Sequence record: SRR22947725_2200
DNA length: 34,067 nucleotides
Strand: one strand, 5' to 3'
Shown here: piece after piece, positions 19,396 through 28,212 of the stretch
Numbering within the stretch: position 1 is the first letter of the stretch
How the letters are laid out: the number at the start of each line of letters is the position of its first letter
The notes under the pieces: generated by a model
Told to the model about the DNA's origin: nothing
What the model saw: only the letters and a program-made list of their open reading frames with translations
Database searches by the model: none
Program-made: the position numbers and the translations under genes

Positions 19396-19809
19396 ATGAA
19401 TGATGATGATTTAGAGTTTAATTCTGACAGGTTTGAGCAAGTAAGAAATGCTAGGAACAGCGAAACTGCAGAAGACTATACTGAAATGATTGCTGATTTA
19501 ATTAGAAATGTAGGTGAAGCAAGGGCCGTTGATTTAGCGAAGCATTTCGGCGTAACGGGGCCAACCGTTAACAGTATAATTAGAAGGTTGGTTAGAGATG
19601 GTTTAGTTGTTAGTAAACCATACAGATCCATATTCCTCACTGACAAGGGTCAAATTTTAGCCGATTATTGTAAAAAAAGACATGAAATCGTTTATGATTT
19701 CTTAATTAAGATAGGTGTTAATAGTGACACTGCCAAAAATGATGCAGAAGGTATTGAGCATCATGTTAGTGCAGAGACATTAAGTGTTTTTGAAAAATAT
19801 AACAAATAA
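19396..19809 (+). CDS. mntR: Manganese-binding transcriptional regulator (DtxR/MntR family)
   Basis: AEDYTEMIADLI...GEARAVDLA..FGV..PTV, PYRSIFLT, RH.IV..FL..IGV..A..DAEGIEHHVS.ETL. Confidence 0.92.
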   Translation: MNDDDLEFNSDRFEQVRNARNSETAEDYTEMIADLIRNVGEARAVDLAKHFGVTGPTVNSIIRRLVRDGLVVSKPYRSIFLTDKGQILADYCKKRHEIVYDFLIKIGVNSDTAKNDAEGIEHHVSAETLSVFEKYNK

Positions 19810-19812
19810 TAG

Positions 19813-21300
19813 TTATTTATATATACCAGTAAATAAATAATAAGTTCTATAAATATCCTTTATTGTGTTGACCGATACTTTATCTATTAGTTTCATGTCT
19901 AAAAGGTTATGGTAGTTAGTAACATTTGATTTATTGCTAACTATTAACACTTTTTCACCTGAGCTAAATTGTTTGTTATGATAATTATAATTAGCTTCAT
20001 AGAAATTACCAGGTTTTAGACTATTGCTTTTCAGATATATTTTATTTTTAAATAAATTATTAGTTCTATTGAGATAATAGTTAAACCTAGAAACATCACC
20101 TCTAGTTTCAAATACTATTGATGATATTTCATAAGTTTGGAAGTTGCTTTCTATTTTTTTCGATATTTTTTCAAAACCAAGAGTTTTTCTCAATGGATCA
20201 GACTTGAGTTCTAAAGGATAAAAATTTCCCGTTAGCGTAACTTTTAAAATAAAAATTGATAAAACAAAGTTTACTAAAAAACCAATTTTAAAAAATGTTC
20301 TTATAAATACATATTTCTGTACTACAACGTACGCACTAAGAATTATTGTGGCAGCTACGTATGCTGTAATAGCCCAGTTTGGATTTGAAATTTTAAGAAA
20401 GCTTTGGACAGTTATTAGGATAATTATTGGTAAAGAAAGAAAAGCTAAAAAAGAAATATTTCCTTTCTTAAAAAAAACATCAAATGAGAGGAAAATGTAT
20501 AAGAGTAACAATATCGGCCCAAAAACGACTAATTGAGAGGATAAAAAGTCAACTACGTTTTTATAGTTCAATGTAATTTCTGAAAGATCTGCATTTGAAA
20601 CTGTATGACTCACCGTGACAAAGTCATTTATATAGTTCCAATATATATTCCCACTTGCTGTTAATATACTTGTTATAATTATAATAAATAAATTTTTAAT
20701 ACTTAAGTTCTTACTTCTGTCATAAACTAACCACCATAAAATTAAGAATATAAGAAAATATAAAGCTGCATATTTAGACAAGAAAGCAAGACCAAGAGAC
20801 ACGCCAACTAAGGTGGCAGTTACAATGCTCTGATTCTTAAATAATTTAAACATAAATAATATACAAAATGACCAAAATAATAATAAAGGAGTGTCTGTAG
20901 ATATAACAAAGCTTCCTAGAGATGCTGCTGGAGTGAAAATCCATATTAATGCAGCAATTTTACCGGCCCTCGCTCCAAAAGCAATATAAGACGTTCCCCA
21001 TAAGGTTGCTGCGATAAAAAGATGTATTAGTGGAGAACATAATCTTACTGCCCATTCTTCATTTCCAAAAATAGTTGTTGAGAGTGCTATTACCCAAGCT
21101 ATTATGGGTGGTTTTGTAAAATAACCGAATTCAATGTTTCTTGACCAGTCCCAGTATTGAGCTTCGTCTACAGATAACTCAATTGGTGAGGTGTATAAGG
21201 AATATATCCTTAAACAAGTGATTAAAATTAGAATAAAGAACACAAGAGGAGTGCTAAGGAATGAAAAGGATTTAGAGTTATTTCGGAACGATAACATCAT
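19813..21300 (-). CDS. ArnT/PMT-like (GT39/GT83) lipid-linked-donor glycosyltransferase
   Basis: DEAQYWDW....FGYFTKPP..AW.I, STDTPLL.FW, AFLSKY, NW; multi-TM; GGGAGG Shine-Dalgarno upstream. Confidence 0.85.
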   Translation of the reverse strand: MMLSFRNNSKSFSFLSTPLVFFILILITCLRIYSLYTSPIELSVDEAQYWDWSRNIEFGYFTKPPIIAWVIALSTTIFGNEEWAVRLCSPLIHLFIAATLWGTSYIAFGARAGKIAALIWIFTPAASLGSFVISTDTPLLLFWSFCILFMFKLFKNQSIVTATLVGVSLGLAFLSKYAALYFLIFLILWWLVYDRSKNLSIKNLFIIIITSILTASGNIYWNYINDFVTVSHTVSNADLSEITLNYKNVVDFLSSQLVVFGPILLLLYIFLSFDVFFKKGNISFLAFLSLPIIILITVQSFLKISNPNWAITAYVAATIILSAYVVVQKYVFIRTFFKIGFLVNFVLSIFILKVTLTGNFYPLELKSDPLRKTLGFEKISKKIESNFQTYEISSIVFETRGDVSRFNYYLNRTNNLFKNKIYLKSNSLKPGNFYEANYNYHNKQFSSGEKVLIVSNKSNVTNYHNLLDMKLIDKVSVNTIKDIYRTYYLFTGIYK

Positions 21301-21449
21301 TATACCCTCCCATAATTTAAAAAATATTACATTACCTAATAAATTACAATATAATTTTACGTTAAACGCGTTAATATTATATTTTAACGATCTTGATTTG
21401 TGCTCATTATAAGTTTACTTAAATAATAGAACAATAAAGTGAGTTTTTT

Positions 21450-21869
21450 TTGACAGATTATAATGAACAAATTGCAGAATTAATTGATGACTTTTCCTTT
21501 TTTGAAAACTGGGAAGATAAATATCAATATTTGATAGACTTGGGAAGAAACGTTCCGAAAATGGATGAAACATTAAAAGTAGATGAGAATAAACTTAAAG
21601 GATGTCAATCTGTTGTCTATTTCAGTAATTCAGTAAACAATGATGGATCAATTAATTTTATGGCCAATAGTGACGCGGCAATTGTGCAAGGTTTAATTGC
21701 GTTAATGCTTAAAGTTTATTCTGGAAGAAAGCCTCAAGAAATATTAGATATTGATACTAATTTTTTAGAACAAATTGGTTTAGACGAACATTTATCTCCG
21801 ACTAGAAAAAATGGCTTATCATCACTAATTTCTTCAATTAAGAATGCTGCTAAATTAGAGTTAGTTTAG
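21450..21869 (+). CDS. sufE: SufE family sulfur-acceptor protein
   Basis: WEDKYQYLIDLG, KGCQSVV (acceptor Cys), SDAAIVQGL, LSPTRKNGL. Confidence 0.93.
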   Translation: MTDYNEQIAELIDDFSFFENWEDKYQYLIDLGRNVPKMDETLKVDENKLKGCQSVVYFSNSVNNDGSINFMANSDAAIVQGLIALMLKVYSGRKPQEILDIDTNFLEQIGLDEHLSPTRKNGLSSLISSIKNAAKLELV

Positions 21870-21878
21870 GTTTTAAAT

Positions 21879-22688
21879 TTGACTAAAATTGGGAAACAAT
21901 CTGAAATTATTAGCCTCTCTAATAGTACAATCAAGACGATTAGTAGCTTGTCTCATCGTAAGTACAGAAAAGAATTGCATTTATTTATAGCTGAGGGAAT
22001 TAGAGTATGTAAAGAAGCTTTGGATAATGGTTGGTCATTTAAATATTTTCTTTTCGACAAATCTAATGTTGATAACATTCTAATAAACGAGCTCATAAAT
22101 AAAATTATATCCAAAGGTGGGGACATAATCGGAGTTACACCTGATATTTTAAAAAAAATTTCACACAAAAATAATCCACAAAATGTATTAGGTGTTATAG
22201 AGCAGAAACAGAGCACGTTACCGTTAAATTTGTATCCAAATACTTTTGTAGCATTGGAATGCATAAGGGATCCAGGCAACTTAGGAACTATTTTAAGGAC
22301 AATGGATGCTGTTGGAGCAAAAGGGTGTATTCTGCTAGGCGAGTGTACAGACCCTTTTTCTTATGAATCTGTAAGAGCAAGCATGGGTGCTATTTTTAAA
22401 ATAAATATAATCCACTCCAGCGTTGAGAATTTTATAGAATGGAAAATTAAAAATAAAGTCACTTTAATTGGTACTGCACTAAAAAATGCAAGTGATTATA
22501 CTGAAACAAAATGGGATCTTCCATTTGTTTTAGTTATGGGTAATGAGCAAAAAGGCTTATCCAATAAAATTTTAAGTTCATGCGATCAAATAATTAAAAT
22601 GCCAATGTTAGGTAGTTCAGACAGTTTAAACTTAGCAGTTTCTGCAGGTGTTGCACTATATGAATCAATTAGGAAAAATCCTAAATAA
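21879..22688 (+). CDS. TrmH/SpoU family RNA methyltransferase
   Basis: FIAEG, RDPGNLGTILRT.DA.G, VRASMGA, MGNEQKGL, SDSLNLAVS. Confidence 0.93.
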   Translation: MTKIGKQSEIISLSNSTIKTISSLSHRKYRKELHLFIAEGIRVCKEALDNGWSFKYFLFDKSNVDNILINELINKIISKGGDIIGVTPDILKKISHKNNPQNVLGVIEQKQSTLPLNLYPNTFVALECIRDPGNLGTILRTMDAVGAKGCILLGECTDPFSYESVRASMGAIFKINIIHSSVENFIEWKIKNKVTLIGTALKNASDYTETKWDLPFVLVMGNEQKGLSNKILSSCDQIIKMPMLGSSDSLNLAVSAGVALYESIRKNPK

Positions 22689-23601
22689 TGCTTTTACTTT
22701 CCCATCTTGCAAATATTGCAGTGCTAATTTCTCTTGGGTCATCTTGATCTTCAAAAATAGATATTTCACCAGATTCCACTTTCCCTTTGTAAGTTTTCAT
22801 GACTTCCCTTAAAGCATAATGTAGTGATGAATAACTAGAACGTATTGCGTAACTATTAAGTATGACAAATAGTGGGCTTTTAGACAATATTTGAGGAAGA
22901 AGATTTAATAAAATAGGCAAATCTTTTTGTAATTCCCACTTCTCTCCATTTGGACCTCTGCCATATTTAGGAGGATCAAGAATAATTGCATCATATCTAT
23001 TCTCTCTTCTAATTTCTCTATTAACAAATTTAAGGGCGTCATCAGTGATATACTTAATTGGTAAATTTGAAAAGCAGGATAAATTTCTATTTTCAAAGGC
23101 AAAACTGATAGCTTTTTTGCTGGCGTCAACGTGTGTTACTGAGGCACCGTTTGACGCTGCATGTAGTGACGCTAAGCCAGAGTAGCCAAATAGATTAAGA
23201 ATTCTAGGTGGGTTGGAGGTAGATGTATTTAAAATAAATTTTTTGATTTTTTGAGCTGCCCAAATCCAGTGTGGAGACTGGTCTGGAAAAAAACCAAGAT
23301 GCCTGAATGCTGTTGGCATAGCGTAAAATTTAATATTTTCATATGACATTTCCCAACGTTCAGGAATATTTGCTTTAAGAGACCATTTTCCACTTTCATC
23401 CTTATCTTCAAGTGCAGCCGAAGATAAAAAGGCTCCTGCAGCATTATCCCATATTTTTTTGGATAAATTTTGAGACCAAAGAGCTTGAGGTTCTGGTCTG
23501 GAAAACATATAAGGACCAAACCTCTCTAGTTTATGTCCATATCCTGAATCAATTAATGAGTAATCATTCCATTTGGTTGGGTGCAAAATTAGAGGAGTCA
23601 T
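22681..23601 (-). CDS. Class I SAM-dependent rRNA methyltransferase (RlmI/RlmK-like)
   Basis: LIDSG...KLERFG, RPEPQALW, FRHLGFFPDQ, LNLFGYSG, HVDASKK, ILDPPKYGRG. Confidence 0.88.
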   Translation of the reverse strand: MTPLILHPTKWNDYSLIDSGYGHKLERFGPYMFSRPEPQALWSQNLSKKIWDNAAGAFLSSAALEDKDESGKWSLKANIPERWEMSYENIKFYAMPTAFRHLGFFPDQSPHWIWAAQKIKKFILNTSTSNPPRILNLFGYSGLASLHAASNGASVTHVDASKKAISFAFENRNLSCFSNLPIKYITDDALKFVNREIRRENRYDAIILDPPKYGRGPNGEKWELQKDLPILLNLLPQILSKSPLFVILNSYAIRSSYSSLHYALREVMKTYKGKVESGEISIFEDQDDPREISTAIFARWESKSII

Positions 23602-23679
23602 TAGGAATTTTCCTATTAATTAATATTTTGTAAAAAAAAAATTGATAGTTAATAATAAAGAAAAACAAAAGAAATAAAA

Positions 23680-24483
23680 ATGAAAATAAATTTATCAGTC
23701 ATTATTCCAGTTTATGAGGCGCAAAAAACACTGGTAAGAACAATAAACTCTATTAATAATCAATTTATTTCTGATAAAAATTTAAAGGTAGAGTTAATAT
23801 TAATTATAGATGATGGAAAAAAATATAATAAGTTTTTACCAAAATTAAAAAATAATTTCTATTTAAGAATCTTTAAAACAAATGGAATAAAAACAGGTCC
23901 AGGGAATGCTAGAAATTTAGGAGTAGATAAGGCAAAAGGTAAGTACATAGGATTTTTAGACGCAGATGATGAATGGTCTGATAGTTATTTAGAAAAAATG
24001 TATAATCTAGTAAAATTGAATGGGATTGCATTTTCCCCAACATATGTATTCGACAATGGTAAATTAATAAAAAAATTTGAAGGTCAAAATACTGGCTATT
24101 TACAATTAAGTGATATTGGAAAGGTACCTTGTAGTTTTCATCCATTTATAAAAAAAAGTGAACAAATAAAATTTAAATTATTAAATAGCCAGGATGTATA
24201 TAATACATCATATATCCTTAATAAACATAAAAGAAAAATCAAAATAGCAGACGGAGTTTATTACAAATTAAATATACAAAAAAATTCAGTTACAAAAGAA
24301 GAAGGTTTTTCACATAAGATAAATTTAGCTTATAAAAAATACCAAATTTTATCACAGAAAGAAAAACAAAATAAAATATCAAGAGTTTTCGCAATAAGAA
24401 GAATAAATAATTTAAAATTTATTGAATGGAGTCATACGAATACTGGCGGATATTATGATTACTTAAGCAAAAAAGGAATATAA
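23680..24483 (+). CDS. Glycosyltransferase family 2 (soluble, unknown acceptor)
   Basis: SVIIPVY, IIDDG, GPGNARNLG, GFLDADD. Confidence 0.85.
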   Translation: MKINLSVIIPVYEAQKTLVRTINSINNQFISDKNLKVELILIIDDGKKYNKFLPKLKNNFYLRIFKTNGIKTGPGNARNLGVDKAKGKYIGFLDADDEWSDSYLEKMYNLVKLNGIAFSPTYVFDNGKLIKKFEGQNTGYLQLSDIGKVPCSFHPFIKKSEQIKFKLLNSQDVYNTSYILNKHKRKIKIADGVYYKLNIQKNSVTKEEGFSHKINLAYKKYQILSQKEKQNKISRVFAIRRINNLKFIEWSHTNTGGYYDYLSKKGI

Positions 24484-24486
24484 ATA

Positions 24487-25152
24487 ATGGAAAAAACAAA
24501 GGTGTGCATATTTGATGCATATGGAACTTTATTTGATGTAAATGCTGCTTGTAGGGAACTATCTATAGAAGTGGGTGAAAATTGGGAAGAACTTGCGACA
24601 TTATGGCGTTTAAGACAAGTTGAGTATACTTGGCTAAGAAATTCAATGAATGAATATATAGATTTTTGGAAAATAACAGAAAACGCTTTGGAATACGCTA
24701 TGGAAGTATTGAACATAGATAACGAAAAACTGAAAATTGAATTACTAAATTTATATTTAAAATTAGAAGCTTACCCAGAAGTAGAAAAGATACTAACAAT
24801 TTTAAAAGAGCGAGGATTTAAAACAGGTATATTATCAAATGGAAGTGATGCAATGTTAGAAAGTGCAGTTAAAAATGCAAAAATTGAAAATCTTTTAGAT
24901 GAAATTATATCTGTTGAAAGATGCAAAATATACAAACCATCTAGTAAGGTTTATGACCTTGTTAAGGATGCATTTAAAGTAAATGATAATCAGGTGGCAT
25001 TTTTTTCAAGCAATGCATGGGATATGCATGCCGCAGCTAATTATGGTTTTAAAACAATTTGGGTGAATAGGTTTAAAGGTAAATTAGAGAAATTACCAGG
25101 AAAACCAGAAGCAATAGTAAAAAATTTAGAGGGAATTGTTCGAATACTTTAA
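24487..25152 (+). CDS. L-2-haloacid dehalogenase (HAD type II)
   Basis: FDAYGTLFDV, WR.RQ.EYTW, ILSNG, YKP, FSSNAWD; catalytic residues of L-DEX-type enzymes are present. Confidence 0.92.
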   Translation: MEKTKVCIFDAYGTLFDVNAACRELSIEVGENWEELATLWRLRQVEYTWLRNSMNEYIDFWKITENALEYAMEVLNIDNEKLKIELLNLYLKLEAYPEVEKILTILKERGFKTGILSNGSDAMLESAVKNAKIENLLDEIISVERCKIYKPSSKVYDLVKDAFKVNDNQVAFFSSNAWDMHAAANYGFKTIWVNRFKGKLEKLPGKPEAIVKNLEGIVRIL

Positions 25153-25153
25153 C

Positions 25154-26353
25154 TTAAATGTCATTTCCAATACCCCAATGCCAAAAATCAGATTTATCTT
25201 TGTTAAAAAATCTATTAATGATCATTTGATGAACTTCTGATGCACCATCAACAAGTTTAGCTTGTCGGGCATAACGGTAAATCCATTCTAAAACAATATC
25301 TTTACTGTAACCTTTAGCGCCATTTAACTGAATGGCAGTGTCACAAACATTGTTTAAGGTGTCAGCAACATGTATTTTAGCCATGGAAACATCTTGCCTA
25401 GATTTACTACCATTCTCTATTTTCCAAGCAGCACGCATAACAAGTAAACGTGCAATATCGATATCCATAGCAGCTTTACCTAATTTAACCTGAACGCTTT
25501 CTCTATCAGCTAACTTAATACCAAAACCTTCTCTATGTGAGACATAATCAAGGGCAATTTCAAGACTGCGTTTAGACAGTCCAATCCAACGCATACAATG
25601 AGTTAACCTAGCAAGTCCTAAACGTATTTGAACAATTTTTAGGCCCTGTCCTACTTCACCTAATCTATTATCATCAGGAATTTCAAGACCATTATATTCT
25701 ATCTCACAATGTCCACCATGTTCTTCTGGACCCATAATAGGGATACGTCTTTTAATCCTCCAACCTGGTTGATTTTTGTGATAAAGAAAAGCAGTTAAGC
25801 CGTCATTAGTTTTAGCTAACAGAATAAAATGAGAGGCAATACCAGCACCTGTAATATACCATTTAAGACCGTTGACAATCCACTTATTATTTTTATAAAA
25901 AGCAACGGTTTTAATCATCGAAGGATCAGACCCTCCCCCTGGGGCAGGTTCTGTCATAGCAAGTGCTGATCTAACATCCCCGTTGATAATAGGATCAAGC
26001 CATTTTAATTTTTGATCATCTGTACCTATTTTATTTAATATATACATATTGCCGTCATCTGGTGCGGCGCAATTAAAACATACAGGTCCAAAAATAGATC
26101 TATTCATTTCCTCATAAAGTACAGACATACCAATAGGACCACAACCAAGTCCTCCCCTAGAAGATGGCATTTGAGGAGACCAAAGACCCTCTTTTTTAAC
26201 TCTTTTCTTAATTTCATCTAAAAGTGATAAATTAATATTTTCATGATCATCATAAGATGATTTGTCAGACTCTAATGGAATAATATGAGTATCGACAAAT
26301 TGCCTTGTTTTTTTTCTTAATATTTCAATGTCATCAGGTAGATGAAAATCCAT
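25154..26353 (-). CDS. Acyl-CoA dehydrogenase, ACAD10/11-LvaC-like subfamily
   Basis: FNCAAPDDGN, AMTEPAPGGGSDPSM, GGH, RL..ARLTHCMRW, KLVDGASEVH (Asp in place of the usual catalytic Glu). Confidence 0.9.
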   Translation of the reverse strand: MDFHLPDDIEILRKKTRQFVDTHIIPLESDKSSYDDHENINLSLLDEIKKRVKKEGLWSPQMPSSRGGLGCGPIGMSVLYEEMNRSIFGPVCFNCAAPDDGNMYILNKIGTDDQKLKWLDPIINGDVRSALAMTEPAPGGGSDPSMIKTVAFYKNNKWIVNGLKWYITGAGIASHFILLAKTNDGLTAFLYHKNQPGWRIKRRIPIMGPEEHGGHCEIEYNGLEIPDDNRLGEVGQGLKIVQIRLGLARLTHCMRWIGLSKRSLEIALDYVSHREGFGIKLADRESVQVKLGKAAMDIDIARLLVMRAAWKIENGSKSRQDVSMAKIHVADTLNNVCDTAIQLNGAKGYSKDIVLEWIYRYARQAKLVDGASEVHQMIINRFFNKDKSDFWHWGIGNDI

Positions 26354-26370
26354 AAAAAACTCCTAAAAAA

Positions 26371-27105
26371 TTAAAGACCAGTGCTTAAACCTCCATCGAC
26401 AGCAATAACAGCACCAGTCATATAAGTGTTATCACGGTTAAGTAACATAGAAATAATGGGATTTAACTCGCTTACGGATGCAAATCTCTTAAGTGGGATC
26501 TTTTTTTTGATTATATCGCCTGCTGTACCTTCAAGTTGATCACGGTTGATTTTGGTTAGAATATAGCCTGGAGCAAGTGCATTGACAGTGATATTATATC
26601 TCGCTAGCTCAATTGATTGAGATTTAGTAACTTGTATCAATGCTGCTTTAGTAGCAGAATAAGCACCAACAAAAGGTAAGGGTCTATAACCTAAAGTAGA
26701 GGCTATATTGATAATTTTACCATTTTGATTCTTAATCATATTAGGAATAACAATTCTAGTAACGTTCAAAGAACCCATTAAATTAACATCGATTATTTTA
26801 CTTAAATCATAATTTGTTTCTTCATGTAGTAGCTTTGTATTAGCAATTCCTGCATTATTTATAAGACCGTAAAGATTTAGATGTTTTAATTTAGTTTGAA
26901 CATCTTGATCATTAGTAATATCCAATTCAATGAAGTCATGATTTAGTGTTTGATTAGGTAAACTGGTAATTACTTTTTCAAGTTCATTTTTATTTCGGCT
27001 TACACCTATAATTTTAAAACCATCATTAGCTAATACCTTAGCAAAATTTGCGCCTAGACCACTACTAGCACCGGTAATTAAAATAGTATTTAAAATTTTA
27101 TTCAT
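26371..27105 (-). CDS. Short-chain dehydrogenase/reductase (LvaD/FabG-like)
   Basis: ITGASSGLG, NNAG, S...YSATK, VNALAPGY, VDGG. Start set at ATG 27105; the longer call runs into the divergent gene. Confidence 0.9.
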   Translation of the reverse strand: MNKILNTILITGASSGLGANFAKVLANDGFKIIGVSRNKNELEKVITSLPNQTLNHDFIELDITNDQDVQTKLKHLNLYGLINNAGIANTKLLHEETNYDLSKIIDVNLMGSLNVTRIVIPNMIKNQNGKIINIASTLGYRPLPFVGAYSATKAALIQVTKSQSIELARYNITVNALAPGYILTKINRDQLEGTAGDIIKKKIPLKRFASVSELNPIISMLLNRDNTYMTGAVIAVDGGLSTGL

Positions 27106-27183
27106 AAATAAAAAAAACCTAGGAAAACAAAATTGCGTTATAATAATAGTAACTAAAGTTAATATTAAATAAGTTATGTGCAA

Positions 27184-28212
27184 ATGATAGAAAAAAATAA
27201 AATTGTAAATTTAAATAGTTGGATAAAAAATAACACAAAATTAGCCATAGATGTTTTTGAATTAAATAAATTTGAAATTGGGCAATCTAATCCAACTTAC
27301 TTAATGAAAACGGATAACAAAAACTTTGTAATTAGAACAAAACCTCAAGGTGAACTATTAAAAGGAGCTCATCGTATAGATCGTGAACACAAGGTTATGT
27401 GCGCGCTTGAAAATTCAAAAATACCTGTACCTAAAACATATGGTTACTGTGAGAATATAGAAATAATTGGAACAGAGTTTTACATAATGGATTTTTTAGA
27501 TGGAAATCACGAATTTGATCCATTTTTAGCACATTATGAAGTTGAAGAAAAAAAACAATTATATAATCAAAAAATTGATATTTTAACAGAATTAACATTA
27601 ATAAATCTTAAAGAAATTGGATTAGAAAAATTTGGAAGGCCTGAAGGTTATTTAAATAGACAAATTAAATTATGGATAAATCAATATAGAAATTCTCAAA
27701 CCAAAGAGATAGAGAGTATGGAATATTTAATAGAGAATATATCTAAGAATATACCAGAAGAGATTGATTTACTTCCACCGTGCCTACTACATGGTGATTT
27801 TCGTTTAGATAACATGATGTTAAATCAAGAAAAAGTAATTGGTTTATTAGACTGGGAATTATCAACCTTAGCTCCGCCTTTCATTGACCTATCGTATTGG
27901 GCTTTAATGCTTAGATTTGATAAAGATTGGCCTATAGGAGGTTTAGGAAACAAGAAGCAATTAATGACTAACTCTGGTATTCCCTCAGAAGAAAAAATTT
28001 TAGAAATATATTTAAATAAAACTGGTCTTGATAAACCTAAATATTGGAAATTTTTATTAGCATTTAATAGCTTTAGATTTGCTGGAATATTGCAAGGTAT
28101 AGCAAAAAGAGTAATTGACGGCAACAATGCAGGTACTAACGGTTTTGAGGTTGGTCAACAAACAGAACCTGTAGCCATATTAGGTTCCCAAATACTTAAG
28201 GAAACTTTTTAA
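27184..28212 (+). CDS. APH-family phosphotransferase (ACAD10/11 kinase-domain-like)
   Basis: GQSNPTY, RTKP.G.LL.GAHRIDRE, IGTEFYIM, HGDFRLDN, LDWELSTL, ILQGI.KR...GN. Confidence 0.92.
   Translation: MIEKNKIVNLNSWIKNNTKLAIDVFELNKFEIGQSNPTYLMKTDNKNFVIRTKPQGELLKGAHRIDREHKVMCALENSKIPVPKTYGYCENIEIIGTEFYIMDFLDGNHEFDPFLAHYEVEEKKQLYNQKIDILTELTLINLKEIGLEKFGRPEGYLNRQIKLWINQYRNSQTKEIESMEYLIENISKNIPEEIDLLPPCLLHGDFRLDNMMLNQEKVIGLLDWELSTLAPPFIDLSYWALMLRFDKDWPIGGLGNKKQLMTNSGIPSEEKILEIYLNKTGLDKPKYWKFLLAFNSFRFAGILQGIAKRVIDGNNAGTNGFEVGQQTEPVAILGSQILKETF

Noticed and set aside
23680-25152. GT plus HAD phosphatase pair for compatible-solute synthesis, or GT2 as lipid-sugar donor synthase for the ArnT-like enzyme
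   Set aside because: The HAD lacks the DxD phosphatase motif, and the GT2 lacks DPM1/ArnC-type motifs and TM helices.
27106-27183. Hydrophobic N-terminal extension of the SDR as a membrane anchor
   Set aside because: It is translated AT-rich divergent promoter DNA that runs into the kinase start. The SDR fold begins at ATG 27105.
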